32,000 bases of DNA from an uncultured Chloroflexia bacterium (GCA_963718915.1 CAVRAI010000013.1:60001-92000), one strand, 5' to 3'. Numbered from the stretch's first letter, positions 20,314-30,397 are shown. Translations and numbers: made by a program. Notes: generated by a model from the sequence alone, not told the origin.

Positions 20314-20904
20314 CTAAATGGCGTCATTGCAGAAGCGGCGGAACTCGCAACTTATGCATTTGGCACGTCTGCTGGGTGGTGGCGGGACGCGCTCATGCAG
20401 CACACTCGCAAGGATCGCGGTCCGCACGCGTAGAACCTTGTTGCGCAGGCTCGTCGTAATCGCGATCTCTTCTGCCTGGCGTTGCGGGATGTGGTAGATG
20501 AATCCACGATGCACAGGCAGATGCCACGCCTCCTCCAGCGCCAGCGCATAGGCGGCGAGTTGCAAGCGAAAGTGCGATCCGGCTGGCTCGCGCGAGAGCT
20601 TGTAATCCACCACAATCGCCTCGGGGACTTCCGGCCGACGAATCGCCAGGTCAATGCGCGCCACCATCCCTAGCGCCTCAGAACGTAGCAACACGTCGAA
20701 GACGCGTTCGCCATCTGCTAACCCATATGCGCGCAGGCTCCGGCGTTCCTCTCGCGCCGCCTCTTCCGTGTGCGACTGGATACCCTCCTTCATGCCGTAG
20801 GTGATTGGCCGGATGCGTGGAAGGCAATAGCGATAGAACGGGATGCGTGGGCAGTAGTCGTATTGTTTGAGGTCTGTGACTTCAATCAGGCCATCCGGTG
20901 TCAT
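20314..20904 (-). CDS. cas4: Cas4 (RecB-like nuclease with 4-Cys cluster)
   Basis: N-terminal YDYCPR cysteine and C-terminal KCISCEFRRFC; DYKL nuclease-motif region. Probable ATG at 20904 (the GTG at 20931 is also open). Overlaps the cas2 end by 23 nt. Confidence 0.9.
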   Translation of the reverse strand: MTPDGLIEVTDLKQYDYCPRIPFYRYCLPRIRPITYGMKEGIQSHTEEAAREERRSLRAYGLADGERVFDVLLRSEALGMVARIDLAIRRPEVPEAIVVDYKLSREPAGSHFRLQLAAYALALEEAWHLPVHRGFIYHIPQRQAEEIAITTSLRNKVLRVRTAILASVLHERVPPPPSRRAKCISCEFRRFCNDAI

Positions 20905-21223
20905 CTTCTGTTGTCTCCTCTCGCGTTTCACTGCGCGCCTCGCTGCGCTGGCCGCTCTCGCCCATCCCGCGTTCGATGACGTACTGCTGCCGCCAGGCGA
21001 TGTCGTCGAGCAGGATGAAGCGCACCTTCGCCGGTTCGTGGTCGAGCAGCCGCTCTATACGCAACATCAGTTCCTGGCGATGCGCACGACCGAGGACACC
21101 GACAAAGGCGCTGTACTGGATGCGCTCCAGCCCGTAGTCAAGGCAGGCATCGGCGACATGGGTGCGAGCGCGATCACTGGGGATATCGTAGAGTACCAGG
21201 ACGCGAAGCATGGCTCGTCTCAT
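20882..21223 (-). CDS. cas2: Cas2
   Basis: MLRVLVLYDIPSDRARTHVADACLDYGLERIQYSAFVG is the typical Cas2 N-terminal beta-alpha pattern. Located directly downstream of cas1. Confidence 0.9.
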   Translation of the reverse strand: MRRAMLRVLVLYDIPSDRARTHVADACLDYGLERIQYSAFVGVLGRAHRQELMLRIERLLDHEPAKVRFILLDDIAWRQQYVIERGMGESGQRSEARSETREETTEDDTGWPD

Positions 21224-21257
21224 CTTCTCAGCGATAAGCTGCTAGGCTTCACAAGGC

Positions 21258-22271
21258 TCACCAGGAGGCGACAAAGGGTGTATAGCAGTCGCGCTCGCCA
21301 CGCAGAAAGGTTGCGGCATGACGCGCCTGGGATTGCAGGATAATGCGCAAGGCCTGGCGCTTCCCTTCATAGAGATCCGCGCTTTCCAGCCGTTCATGTA
21401 CCTTCTCAGCTAGACGGCGACGCACCGATTCCGTGAGCAGGCCGCTATCGTCTTGTGTCAGTGGGCTGCCTTTGTTGACATAGGCGATGATGACGCGATC
21501 TACGACGGCCTGGCGGAACTCCTCGATGGCGTCGAGTACCAGGCTGGGCTTGCCAGGGCGGTCAGCATGCAGAAAGCCGCCATAGGGGTCGAGTCCGGCG
21601 AGGATGAGCGCGCGTTCGATCTGCGCGTAGAGCACGCCGTAGCCGTAGTTGAGCGCGGAGTTGAAGGGGTCGCGTGCGCCGCGAGTCTCGCGTCCGGGCC
21701 AGCCAAGTTCCTGCGGGATGAGCATCCCCACCACGCGCCAGTACTTCTGAGCGGCGCGACCCTCTATCGAGAGCAGTTGGCCGCGTACGGCTTCGATGTC
21801 GGAGCCAGCCAGGGTATCCAGTTCGGCAAGCGCATCGCGGAGTTCGGCGGCGGTCAGGGTGATTTCCGCGTGGATTTCCGGTTGCGTTTCCTTGCGGTAT
21901 TTGCCGACGTAGCGCAGGAGGTTGATGGCGTTCTCCAGTTTTGCCCGGACGTATGCCTGCGCCAGTGCAAAGCCGCGTTCCGTTGCATAGGCGGCCAACT
22001 GAGCGCGGCGGGTGAGGACTGTACCCGTCAGACCCGCGGAATAGATGCCCGCATGCACATAGCCCGGCGCGCTCAAGAAGTGGATCGGAATGCCTTCCTC
22101 GGCGCAGACGCGAATGGCGTCGCTGGAAATGCTGATGCCGTTATCAACGATCAGGACACAGTCGAGGTGAATGAGCGGCGCTTCGGTGACGACTTTGCCC
22201 TCGCGGGAGACGCGGAGTCGGCCAAGATGTTTGCCGACGAAGGTTCCGCGTCCTTCGACGATGAGATCCAT
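21258..22271 (-). CDS. cas1: Cas1 integrase
   Basis: 337-aa intact ORF with RBS AAGGAG. Contains LLSIEGRAAQKYW, DPFNSALNYGYGVL and LDPYGGFLHADRPGKPSLVLDAIEEFR (conserved Cas1 acidic/His motifs). Confidence 0.95.
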   Translation of the reverse strand: MDLIVEGRGTFVGKHLGRLRVSREGKVVTEAPLIHLDCVLIVDNGISISSDAIRVCAEEGIPIHFLSAPGYVHAGIYSAGLTGTVLTRRAQLAAYATERGFALAQAYVRAKLENAINLLRYVGKYRKETQPEIHAEITLTAAELRDALAELDTLAGSDIEAVRGQLLSIEGRAAQKYWRVVGMLIPQELGWPGRETRGARDPFNSALNYGYGVLYAQIERALILAGLDPYGGFLHADRPGKPSLVLDAIEEFRQAVVDRVIIAYVNKGSPLTQDDSGLLTESVRRRLAEKVHERLESADLYEGKRQALRIILQSQARHAATFLRGERDCYTPFVASW

Positions 22272-22324
22272 ACGATACTGCTCCTTGTTCTGCGGCTGCT
22301 GGTCATCGATGGATCACAGTGACC

Positions 22325-23420
22325 TCATCCGCGCCAGTCGCAGTACCCTGGGTCGGGTCGGTGGTTCGCAGTGGCTGACGCTGACAGGCGTAGGCGTCTT
22401 CCTGGCGCCGGTTGCTCGATACGATAGCGGCCATCGCCTTTGACGGCGTTCTTGCCGACGTGGAGCAATTCGCCCCAGACGAGCAGCTCACGCAGGGGCG
22501 CAAGATCGCCGCATAGGTGGCGCGGCCAATCAGTCCGCCGATGGGCGTGGATCGCTGCTGGCGGGCCGAATAGCTGGCGACATCTACCCATCGGGTGGCG
22601 TTCTCGGTCAGGGTCACGCGGGCGGCGTGCTCCGCAAGGCGTTGGGCGCGCGCTCTCGCATCCTCCTGGATCGTTTGATATTACTGGCTCAGGGGCATAT
22701 TCGCGGGTGAGCGCGTCGAGCCGCTCGGAGAGGCGGGCGCAGAGGACACGCAACGAGGGATAATGCACGAGCTGGCCACGATCCACGAGCCGGGTGGGGG
22801 TGAGGAAGTGGAGCGTGATGGTGTCGGTGGGCAGGGTCGCGGCTCGCTGGGCGACATGCTCGGGGGTGATCGTCAGGGTTGGGCTGGCCACCTTCGCCTT
22901 GCCGCGTTGATAGAGCGGTTGGGCCTCGCCAGTGAACGGGTTGACCAGTTCGATGGTGTTGACCTCGAAGCGTCCACGCCGTCCACCGTTCTCGTGTATT
23001 GGGCGTCCGATGCCGTTGAGTTCCATGAGTTGGGTGGCGAGCGCGAGATAGGGGAAGAAGGCGATAGCACGTCCTATCAGTGTGACGCGGAAGCACAAGG
23101 TGTCGCCGGGCGCGAATCGCCGCTGGCCTGGAGAATCGATTCACATCGCTATCCCAGTCGGCGGCAAGGACGAACGGGCGGGGGATATCACGTCCGCGCG
23201 GGTTTTCGTCACGGAGAGGTGCGACCAGTCCGGCGACGGGGCAGGTGGCGTTGAGCGGGCACTCGGCGCAGGAGGACGCGGTAGGGTTGGCGCAGAAGCG
23301 ACGCAGCAGGGCGTTGAAGAGCGCGCCACGCAGGGCCGAGCCGGGATGTTCGTCGAGCGCTATTGGCTCTTTCGCCGTCAGCGTCAGACGGAGGGGATAT
23401 AAGCTAAGTGGTTGGGCCAT
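22325..23420 (-). pseudogene. cas6: Cas6 endoribonuclease (long form with Cys-rich N-terminal region); three apparent frameshifts as sequenced
   Basis: Segments in three frames join as MAQPLSLYPLRLTL...GSALRGALFNALLRRFC...C..C...RPFVL / FAPGDTLCFRVTLIGRAIAFFPYLALA...GIGR...LHFLTPTRL / YQTIQEDARARAQRL...RWVDVASYSARQQRSTPIGGLIGRATY / GDLAPLRELLVWGELLHVGKNAVKGDGRYRIE (G-rich loop). The breaks are near 23105-23135, 22678-22686 and 22509-22510. Confidence 0.8.
22337..22372 (-). repeat. orphan degenerate CRISPR repeat (psi-repeat) inside the last codons of the cas6 frame, 66-100 nt upstream of the cas1 start
   Basis: 22341-22360 cagtaccctgggtcgggtcg matches repeat positions 5-24 at 19 of 20 positions. 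GTGGTT then matches G(A)TGGTT after a 2-nt gap. Same orientation as the array repeats. Confidence 0.85.
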
Positions 23421-23507
23421 GATTCGCTGCTCTTTCTGTCGTTTCGGCTACGCCCGTAGACAGCCATTCTTCATTAGTCTAGTGATGCCAGCAGATCAAG
23501 GGAGGGG

Positions 23508-25952
23508 TCATTCCTCCTCTGGCAGGCCATCTTTCAGATCGAGGTTGAGACCGGTCGTTGGGTTATATGGCCGCTTCACTAACCAGGGTGGTTTACGTTT
23601 TCCGTCATCCGCCGCTGCACATGGGAGTATCTGACCTCTCTGCTGCAGTATCTTGTGCATCTTGGATGAGATGTTGACGAAATAACTGCTGGCATCGAGA
23701 TAGCGGCCCTCAGTGATTGCCTGTACATAGGCTGTCTCGTAGTATTGTGGCAGCACCTCGACGCCATCAAAGAGCCTTTTCGAACTCCTCTTCTTGCCTG
23801 GAATCGCTATTGAAGGCAGCAAGTCCACCAAGCACCTGTCTCGCTATCTCCTCCATATGCCGAAATTCTTCAGTCCACTCCTGGTGTAACATTTCATCGC
23901 CGTAGATGTTGTCTAGCCAGTGTCCCGTCTGCGCCTCGTCGATGATGGTGTCGTCGTGCTGGAGCAGTTCCTCTAGCGTCACGCGGACGATATGCCCGCG
24001 TTTCTCTCTATCGTTGCTCTTGCCATAAACTCCCTGGCCATCATCGGGATACTGGAATACGTGGACAGGACAAATGCCTTTCAGTCCACGTCTGTTGATG
24101 CGACCGAACCGCTGCAGCAGAGCATCCAGTGGAGCGGGATCGGTGTATATCGTATCCAGGTCGATATTCAGGCTCACCTCGACAACCTGAGTCGCCACCA
24201 GAATCAGCGCCTCATGCGCTGTGCCAACTTCGCAGCGCTGAATGATCGAGCGCTCAAGTTCGGTGCGGTCGCGTGAGGCGAAACGTCCATGAATCAAAGT
24301 CACAGTATTTTCAGGTACGCCTTCTGCCTTGAGTTGCTCTTTGAGCATTCGATAGACATCCTGAGCGCGCTGAATGGTGTTGGCGCAGAGCAATACACTC
24401 TTGCCGGCATGATAGTCGCCTAGCGCGCGCTCGATACCCGCCCTCAGCAAATCGCCATCGAGCAACTTGAGACGGTGACGCTGGAACTGGGCATAGAGAG
24501 CGTCTGAGGCGGTGATGATATCGCTTCCTTGTAGATCGAGAACTGCCAGCAGGCGCTCGCGGATAATCTGCGGGAAAGTGGCAGACATAAAGAAGAAGCG
24601 AGCGCCATAACACGTGCGCAGATGCTTGACTAGCGTAAGGATTAATGCCAGTCGGGAGGGTTCATAAGCGTGAATCTCGTCGAAAATAAAAGCTGCCTGG
24701 GCATAGTCAGTCAACATCGCTTCGTAGCCGCGAATCTGAAACAGCGCCTTGAGCATCTGGTAGGGGCTGAAAACGGTGACTGGCCGCGCATGCATTTCAC
24801 TGATGTCTTTCTCGCGCGCAATTCGCGCCTGCCTGGCAAGTGGGCTATTTTCATCGTCCATCATGCGGGCGTAGAGCGCCTGCGCCGCTCGCCCATGTTG
24901 CAGGCCGATGGCTTTGTCGCCGAATCCCTTTTTGGTGTCACGCAGGCGGTCATACATCGCGTTCATGCTGGCCTGATAAGGCAGGGCATAGAACAGGCGT
25001 GGAATGGCGCTTGTCCCATTGCCTACTGCCCAGTAAAGCGCGGCCTCAGTTTTACCACTGCCAGTAGGGGCAACCAGCAGGGCTGAGCGCCCATTATGGA
25101 TGGCGCTCGCCTGCTGGTGTAAATAGGCATCCTCATGGGTCAGTTGCTTTGCCCCATCATTGTCATCCTTTGCGAGAACGCGATCTGCCAGATGCCGCCA
25201 GTCTTCGCAGATTGGCAGCTCCAGATGCGTGACGTGCGCCGAGGCAAGATGGTCAGCGGTGGTTGTCAATCCGCGTAACAACGTCGCCAGTATGCGCTGG
25301 TTGTGCTGTGGAAGTTCCAAAGCGCTGACCCATAGCTGATATAGTCTCAGCCAACGTCGCATCTGCCTTGAGCCGTCATGTAGCACACTGGCCACCGCCT
25401 CGTCCTGCGGGAGCAGCTTCAGTGATGGTTCATCGGGCGCGGCGAAACCCAACTGACGCATCCATGGTAGGGCGAACTCGTCCACCCACTGCCAGAGCCT
25501 GGCCAGCACATCTGCATTCAGCTCAGGGACGAGCTTTGTGATCGGATCGGGGTCATCGCTTGGATACATTTCACGGATGCGCTTGTCATCGCGGTGATGC
25601 GACGCAATGGCTGAGACGATGGCACGCTGCTCATCTTCGCTGAAGTTCTGAGCAATCCAGTGGAATGCAATCAGCGAGAGCACCTCATGGCGTTCGTTCC
25701 AGCGCTCTTTCGTCTGAAGCATGTGCTGGAAGCCACGTGCGGCTTTGCCGAATCATGGAACAGGCAGGCCCAATAGAGCGTGCGCCAGAGTTTGGGCATC
25801 TGGGTAAGCGCAGGCAAGTCAGGACGGAGATCCCGCAACCGAGCCAGCATGCCCAGCACATCACCCGTATGTTGAGCAAGTGTCTCGCCGCCACGATCCT
25901 GACTCTTGGCATAGATGTCAGCGAGGAAGGCTGGCATTGGGAGTTGATACAT
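23508..25952 (-). pseudogene. cas3: Cas3 (fused HD nuclease, SF2 helicase and C-terminal domain); two apparent frameshifts as sequenced
   Basis: Start ATG at 25952 with GGAG upstream. The HD motif reads LFHD|SAK in one frame and FGKAARGFQHML...RHEVLS in the next. Restoring gattc to gatttc at 25751-25753 gives LFHDFGKA. Helicase motifs are APTGSGKTEAAL, FIFDEIHAY, SAT and VATQVVEVSLNID. The tail ...EEEFEK continues as LFDGVEVLPQYYETAY... in ORF 23508..23831 after a break at 23775-23780. Confidence 0.9.
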
Positions 25953-26084
25953 TGTCGTCTCCGGTGAAGGTATGGAAGACCAAGCCCAACGGCACATTGG
26001 CCACACGAGGCGCCGATGGATCGGCGAGGAATGCATGCTGTTCCTCGCTGTACTCGAACAGCTTTTCGCTCATCACACGACGCT

Positions 26085-26669
26085 CTAGCAATAAATAGCG
26101 GGCAAAGGTGGGGTACGTTGGCGCCCATAATCGAGCCAACGTGGCATGAGCGTGACGATCCCCGCAACGGTCTGCGTCGCCATCTCATATGGCAAGAGGG
26201 TATGCTCGAGGTAAACGTCTCTCGTTTCTTCAAGTTCCACCTCTTCGATGCTGGTGTATGAACACAAGTCCTGCGAGCGACCGAGGGTTACGGCATAGCG
26301 CGGACTGCGAAACGCGGCAGCCCATTCTGGTCGGTTGATGTAGAGCATCAGTTTCGGGCGAAACAGCAGTTCACGTCGGAAGGGGTTTACATTGCCCTCT
26401 AGCGCTTTAGGCAGATTGGTGCCGGGGACTTTGCCGCCAGCTGCCGAAAGAACGTGAATGTGCTCCAGATCCTCGAAAGTCGCATCGTAGGTAAAGTGGT
26501 AGGCGAAGGCCAGCCCGTCGGGACTGACCCACTCGCCGAGTGCGCTACAGATGTGTCCATAGATGGTCGCTGGCGGAGGCATCCGATAGGTTGGTTGCAC
26601 GTTCACCATGAAGTGTGGGTAACGGAACGATGTCGTGATGCCTTCCAGTGTCACTTTCAGTACTCGCAT
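26085..26669 (-). CDS. cas5: Cas5; the C-terminus probably continues in another frame to ~25918 after a break at 26124-26126
   Basis: MRVLKVTLEGITTSFRYPHFMVNVQPTYRMPPPATIYGHICSALG is the classic Cas5 N-terminus, with RBS GAGGAGG. The as-sequenced tail RQRTPPLPAIYC looks out of frame, whereas APTYPTFARYLLLERRV... in the adjacent frame looks protein-like. Confidence 0.85.
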   Translation of the reverse strand: MRVLKVTLEGITTSFRYPHFMVNVQPTYRMPPPATIYGHICSALGEWVSPDGLAFAYHFTYDATFEDLEHIHVLSAAGGKVPGTNLPKALEGNVNPFRRELLFRPKLMLYINRPEWAAAFRSPRYAVTLGRSQDLCSYTSIEEVELEETRDVYLEHTLLPYEMATQTVAGIVTLMPRWLDYGRQRTPPLPAIYC

Positions 26670-26681
26670 GAGAGAACCTCC

Positions 26682-27767
26682 TCACGCGAGCCAGGTAGCC
26701 GCGTTGCTCGGCTCGCCCAATGCTCTGCCGAATGATGCGAATACGTCACGTGGATGAGCGACAACGATTTTACGTCCGCCAGCGGAGTTGTGCTCATTCA
26801 CGAAGCGCATGAAGTCGCTTCGTAGGTCATCAAGGTACCCTTGTGTCCAGCCAACATAAACATCAGAGAGGATTTCGTTGGCGAACACTCGCAGCGTCTC
26901 ACGCCACGCTTCATATTTCATCTCCAGCCTGCCCTGGGCATTAGCGCCGACGACATAGTTGAAGATGTGATTGCCGCCCTTTGTGACGGCCAGGATGACC
27001 AGCGATGGCGCTACGTCGGTGTAGTGCAGGGTCTGCTTAGCGCCGCCTTCAAGGCGCGCCAGCCCCTCAAACAACGCCTGGATGCGCTGCCGCCGCTCCT
27101 GCATTGGCAAGCGATACGATTTCTCGCCTTCTAGATGTTCGAGCTCGCTCTGGGTAGCCTGTTTGATGCGTTCGTCATCAAGGTTGCGGAATCCCGTCTT
27201 ATCTCGGTATGAAAAGGTGCCGCAAGCATGTAAGTCGAGCGAGAAAAGCCCACGAAGCGATGCCCGATAGAACTGATGCTCATGAGGCACAGGATTGCCT
27301 TCGTGGCGCGACATTGTGCCAAAGTCGCTGGTGAGATAGACAGGAGCGATAGAGACAAGTGTGCTGACGCGGAAGGGAGCCGCACGTGTAATTGTGCTTG
27401 TCGTTTCGGTCTCGCCTACGCGCGAGGTGTCTGCTTCGCGTTTTACCTTCGCTGATTCGCGCTTTGATGGCGCGCGCATATAGCCGAAGAGATCATCGTC
27501 CCAATAGAGGAGAGGATTGGAGTCAGTGTAAGCGATTTTCTCTTCGCGATAGATGGGCGCCGCTCGCCAGCCTGGCACCCGCTCTTGAAGTGTCACACGA
27601 TGCCAGTAGCGAAAGGACTGCGCTGAGACATAAGGGAATATACCTTCCTTTGTTCGGATGTTCTTGACACCAACAGAGTTGTCCTCGCGGTCGCCTGGGA
27701 TGCTTCCCAGATTGTTGAGTGCAGATGCTGGCGCGTCAATGACGAGCAGACCGGTTGCGAATGACAT
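26682..27767 (-). CDS. cas7: Cas7 (Cst2/DevR/Csa2-like backbone subunit)
   Basis: 361-aa intact ORF. The N-terminus LLVIDAPASALNNLGS...YVSAQSFRYW resembles the xSLNNxG motif of type I-A/I-B/I-D Cas7. Positioned between cas8 and cas5. Confidence 0.85.
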   Translation of the reverse strand: MSFATGLLVIDAPASALNNLGSIPGDREDNSVGVKNIRTKEGIFPYVSAQSFRYWHRVTLQERVPGWRAAPIYREEKIAYTDSNPLLYWDDDLFGYMRAPSKRESAKVKREADTSRVGETETTSTITRAAPFRVSTLVSIAPVYLTSDFGTMSRHEGNPVPHEHQFYRASLRGLFSLDLHACGTFSYRDKTGFRNLDDERIKQATQSELEHLEGEKSYRLPMQERRQRIQALFEGLARLEGGAKQTLHYTDVAPSLVILAVTKGGNHIFNYVVGANAQGRLEMKYEAWRETLRVFANEILSDVYVGWTQGYLDDLRSDFMRFVNEHNSAGGRKIVVAHPRDVFASFGRALGEPSNAATWLA

Positions 27768-27829
27768 GAGAAACCTCGATGAGATGGTTGCATTGGTACG
27801 GACAACGGCAGAATGGCGAACGCTTTCAC

Positions 27830-29361
27830 TTATTTGCCTGGGTCGTTACTTCCTTCTTCACCCTCATCACCCTGCGTATCTGGCAGCGCGTCTGGATGCT
27901 GACTGAGCCAATCCTTGAGTTGGTCAATCATTCGCATCAATACAAGGTCGCGCGCGAGACGCCAATCGGCTCGATATACCTCCTCTCCCTCTTCAAAAAC
28001 ATCGATGTATCCATCCATGTCGAACAATTGCGGTTCGCCAGCCTTGATCATATCCAGATTTGCCTTGACAAGCCTGCCGCGGAGGTAGTTAGGGTTGTTC
28101 TCTGTCAACATCATGCGGAGGAAGCGCGGGCCGCCACGCTGGCGTGTATAGCGGGCCAACTTGTCGCCAAAGTCGCGAATTGCCTCGATCCGTTTTTGCT
28201 CCATGCCCATGATCCTTTCTAGAAACAGTGCAACTAGAGGCCAGGAAACCAGCGTTAGTTCCTGGTTGAGCGAGTACGCCGTTCTGGGATCGCCCTCTTG
28301 TCTGGTACGACGTGGAACGCGGAGGAAGTAGGTGCGGACGAAGCGTGCCGCCTGCTCAGGCAGTGTGAAGATATCTTCATATAAGGCGTTGTAACGAGGC
28401 TCTTTGGGGGAATCACTCTGTTGTTTCTCACCCTTACCGTTCGCTCTAGCAATCTGCCATCCTCGTTGGATTATCTCCGCCCATGCGGCTTTGTAGTTTG
28501 AAGAGTTGGCAATGCGCAGAAAGTTCACAACCTGCATTGGGAGATGATAAAGTTGGAGATCTGCGCTCTTGCCATTGTTGAAGTTGTACGCTGTGATCGA
28601 TGCTGGTACTGCACCCTTCTGTTCAGGCGACGCTCCTCCTCTACCTCTAGAAGCGTTGAGACAAGCAGCGTCCTGAGTGAGCGCGCCGCCCCAGGTAATT
28701 TCGTTTCACCACTGGCCTGCGCAAGTGAGAGATTCCTGTCGTTCTGGCTCTTGAAGCGACGAGCAAAGCGAAACGTTAGTTCGTTATCCTCGGAGTGAAC
28801 AGCGAGCAATCCAATACCAGCCTTCGCACAGCCCAGTGGGAAGAATTGCAGTGCCAGCAGCGCGATTCCGGATACCGGGATGCCAGACGTGCCATTGGCG
28901 AAGAAGTTAATGGAGTCATCCCCCTGAAGTAGTGGTATCTGTGCTCGTCCAGCGCGCCCTTCTGGCAGCGAGTTCGAGAGTACTACCGCCACGGCGGGCA
29001 AACCAGTGAAAACGCAGCGTTCAGCAGGTGCGCTGCTGTCTGAGCGCCACTGGCGCAGGTGACGACCACCCCATAATTCGCGCAGCGCCTTTCGAGATTC
29101 CCGCTGCTCTGCTGTCAGTTCAGGGCGATCAGGATTATAGGCATCCTGGACAAACCAGGCGTTGCTGGTAAATGCCATCGTGAAGGCCCCTTTTAGCGGA
29201 GCTCTCGTGTAGTTATCCTCAATGAATTTGGCAGCCGCTTCGAGGTCAGCGGTGGTGAGATCGTGTGGGTTGGTCTTCCCAGCAAATGACGTGATGGTTG
29301 CTAGGCCTACATCGAAGAATGGGTGGCCGGTGTAGTTAATGCCTACTCGCTCATTGTCCAT
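27830..29361 (-). pseudogene. cas8: Cas8-family large subunit (~515 aa), one apparent frameshift as sequenced
   Basis: First gene of the effector operon, with RBS AAAGGAA. ORFs 28525..29361 and 27830..28537 overlap. The downstream frame is open and protein-like upstream of its ATG (GAVPASITAYNFNNGKSADLQLYHLPMQVVNF), whereas the upstream ORF tail is Arg/Gln junk. The break is at about 28614-28620 (aacagaaggg). The family call comes from position and size only; it may be Csx13/Cas8b-like, from memory. Confidence 0.7.
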
Positions 29362-29405
29362 GCGGGTTCCTTTCGTGCTGATGGCCTCTGAGAGGTGACA
29401 TCCAC

Positions 29406-30397
29406 TTACTCGCCATAGATACGCGCTGCTGCTCGCGCCTCGCTAGCGATTTCGTCGCGCAGACTTTGCGGGGCTATCACCTCCACGTCCATCCCCCACT
29501 GGCGTATCCAGGGTTTTAGCTCCAACGCGCTGCCTATCTGTACCGTAAACATGCATCCGCCGTCTGGCAAATCTTCGATATGCTGGCTGGCATGCCAGGT
29601 TGTCTCACGCACACGCCTGCTCGCAGTTGGGGTGAATCTGAGTTTACCTCAATAGGATCGGCTTCACCGTAGTTGATACCCCATGCACTCCGGAGTCGAG
29701 AGACACCACCGAAATCGCTGGGGATTGTGAAGGTGTCATCGGTCAGCGTGGCGGCGCGAATCCGCTCCAGTTTGTACGTGCGTAACTCGCCTGGTGGGTC
29801 GCTATGTCCGAGGAAGTAGAGCGTGTGGCCAATTCCAGATGGGACAAGCAGATACGGCGCAAATCGGCATGTATAGACTCGCTTTTCTAGCGGATCGTAG
29901 GTCAGTTCAACGATCCGCCTACCAAGCCATCCCTGGCTGAGAGAGCTGAAGATTGCGGTTGCATCGAATGTGCTGGTTTGCGCGGTGCGCTCACTGACCA
30001 TGGCTTCAAGATGCTCACGCAAAGGTTCGGGTAAGATGGAGATCAGTTGTAGAAGTGCATGGCGCACGGCATCATTGCGTTCATCCTGCTGCTGCCAGAG
30101 CAGTCGCGCCGCGGCATAGAGGGCTGCGCCATCGGCGTAACCAAGATGGAGCGGTTCTAGCCGGGTGTGGAAATCCGGGTCAAGTTCCCAGGTAAATCCC
30201 GCTGTCGTACCATTCGAGATGAGTGGGACTTTTCCGGTTCGGCTCAGTTCTTTGAGATCACGAGTCATCGTGTCCTCTGACACATTGAGAGCGTCTGCAA
30301 GTTCTTTGGTTCGCCACCTGCGCCCCTGCTGTGTCTTAATCAACTGCTCCAGAGTTATGAGCCGCGCGGCGCGATTCATCGAATCCTGCGTTGGCAT
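29406..30397 (-). pseudogene. WYL-domain transcriptional regulator (HTH, WYL and C-terminal WCX-like domains), one apparent frameshift
   Basis: N-terminal HTH is WRTKELADALNVSEDTMTRDLKEL. The WYL-like core is YTCRFAPYLLVPSGIGHTLYFLGH. ORFs 29534..30418 and 29406..29612 join as ...GEADPIEVKLRFTPTASRRVRETTWHASQ if gtaaactc becomes gtaaaactc (29643-29645). Start ATG at 30397 with AGAGGGG upstream. Confidence 0.8.

Noticed and set aside
21453-22322. 289-aa plus-strand ORF opposite cas1, and similar antisense ORFs opposite the HD gene (30506..31159), cas6 (22763..23254) and the HAD gene (5488..6084)
   Set aside because: These are antisense shadow ORFs with low-complexity composition. The opposite strands encode recognisable Cas1, HD, Cas6 and HAD proteins.
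22272-22440. CreTA-like or mini-array interpretation of the psi-repeat (a repeat-like RNA guiding Cascade to repress a toxin)
   Set aside because: Only one repeat-like element is present. I found no second psi-repeat 30-40 nt away on either side and no small toxin ORF. I kept it as a finding, but not as CreTA.
23508-23831. 107-aa ORF between cas3 and cas6, which could be taken for a novel small cas-associated gene
   Set aside because: Its sequence from LFDGVEVLPQYYETAY... continues the Cas3 tail ...EEEFEK after a one-base shift at 23775-23780 and looks like the Cas3 C-terminal domain. The first ~20 residues overlap cas3 out of frame.
25918-26139. 73-aa ORF between cas5 and cas3 as an independent small gene
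   Set aside because: Its upstream in-frame sequence (APTYPTFARYLLLERRV) fits as the continuation of Cas5 after ...RWLDYG if one G is added at 26124-26126. It has no RBS of its own. I treat it as a probable Cas5 C-terminus, with moderate confidence.
27830-29361. Two overlapping ORFs read as a genuinely split large subunit (a Csx13 N/C split) or as a cas8 plus cas11 pair
   Set aside because: The downstream frame is open and protein-like for about 25 codons upstream of its ATG. The upstream ORF ends in Arg/Gln-rich out-of-frame-looking sequence. A single-base break at about 28614-28620 explains both, and a natural split cannot be supported from this sequence.
15362-29361. Type I-D assignment, suggested by the 37-nt repeat ending ACTGAAAG (similar to cyanobacterial I-D repeats)
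   Set aside because: Cas3 here carries its own HD domain, and the large subunit is only ~515 aa with no Cas10d-like HD or palm features visible.
23500-29400. A sharp GC discontinuity between the effector module (cas8 to cas3) and the cas6 plus adaptation module, as evidence of module swapping
   Set aside because: Line-by-line sampling gave only a modest and noisy difference (roughly 48-67% against 62-68%). That is too weak to claim without a computed profile.
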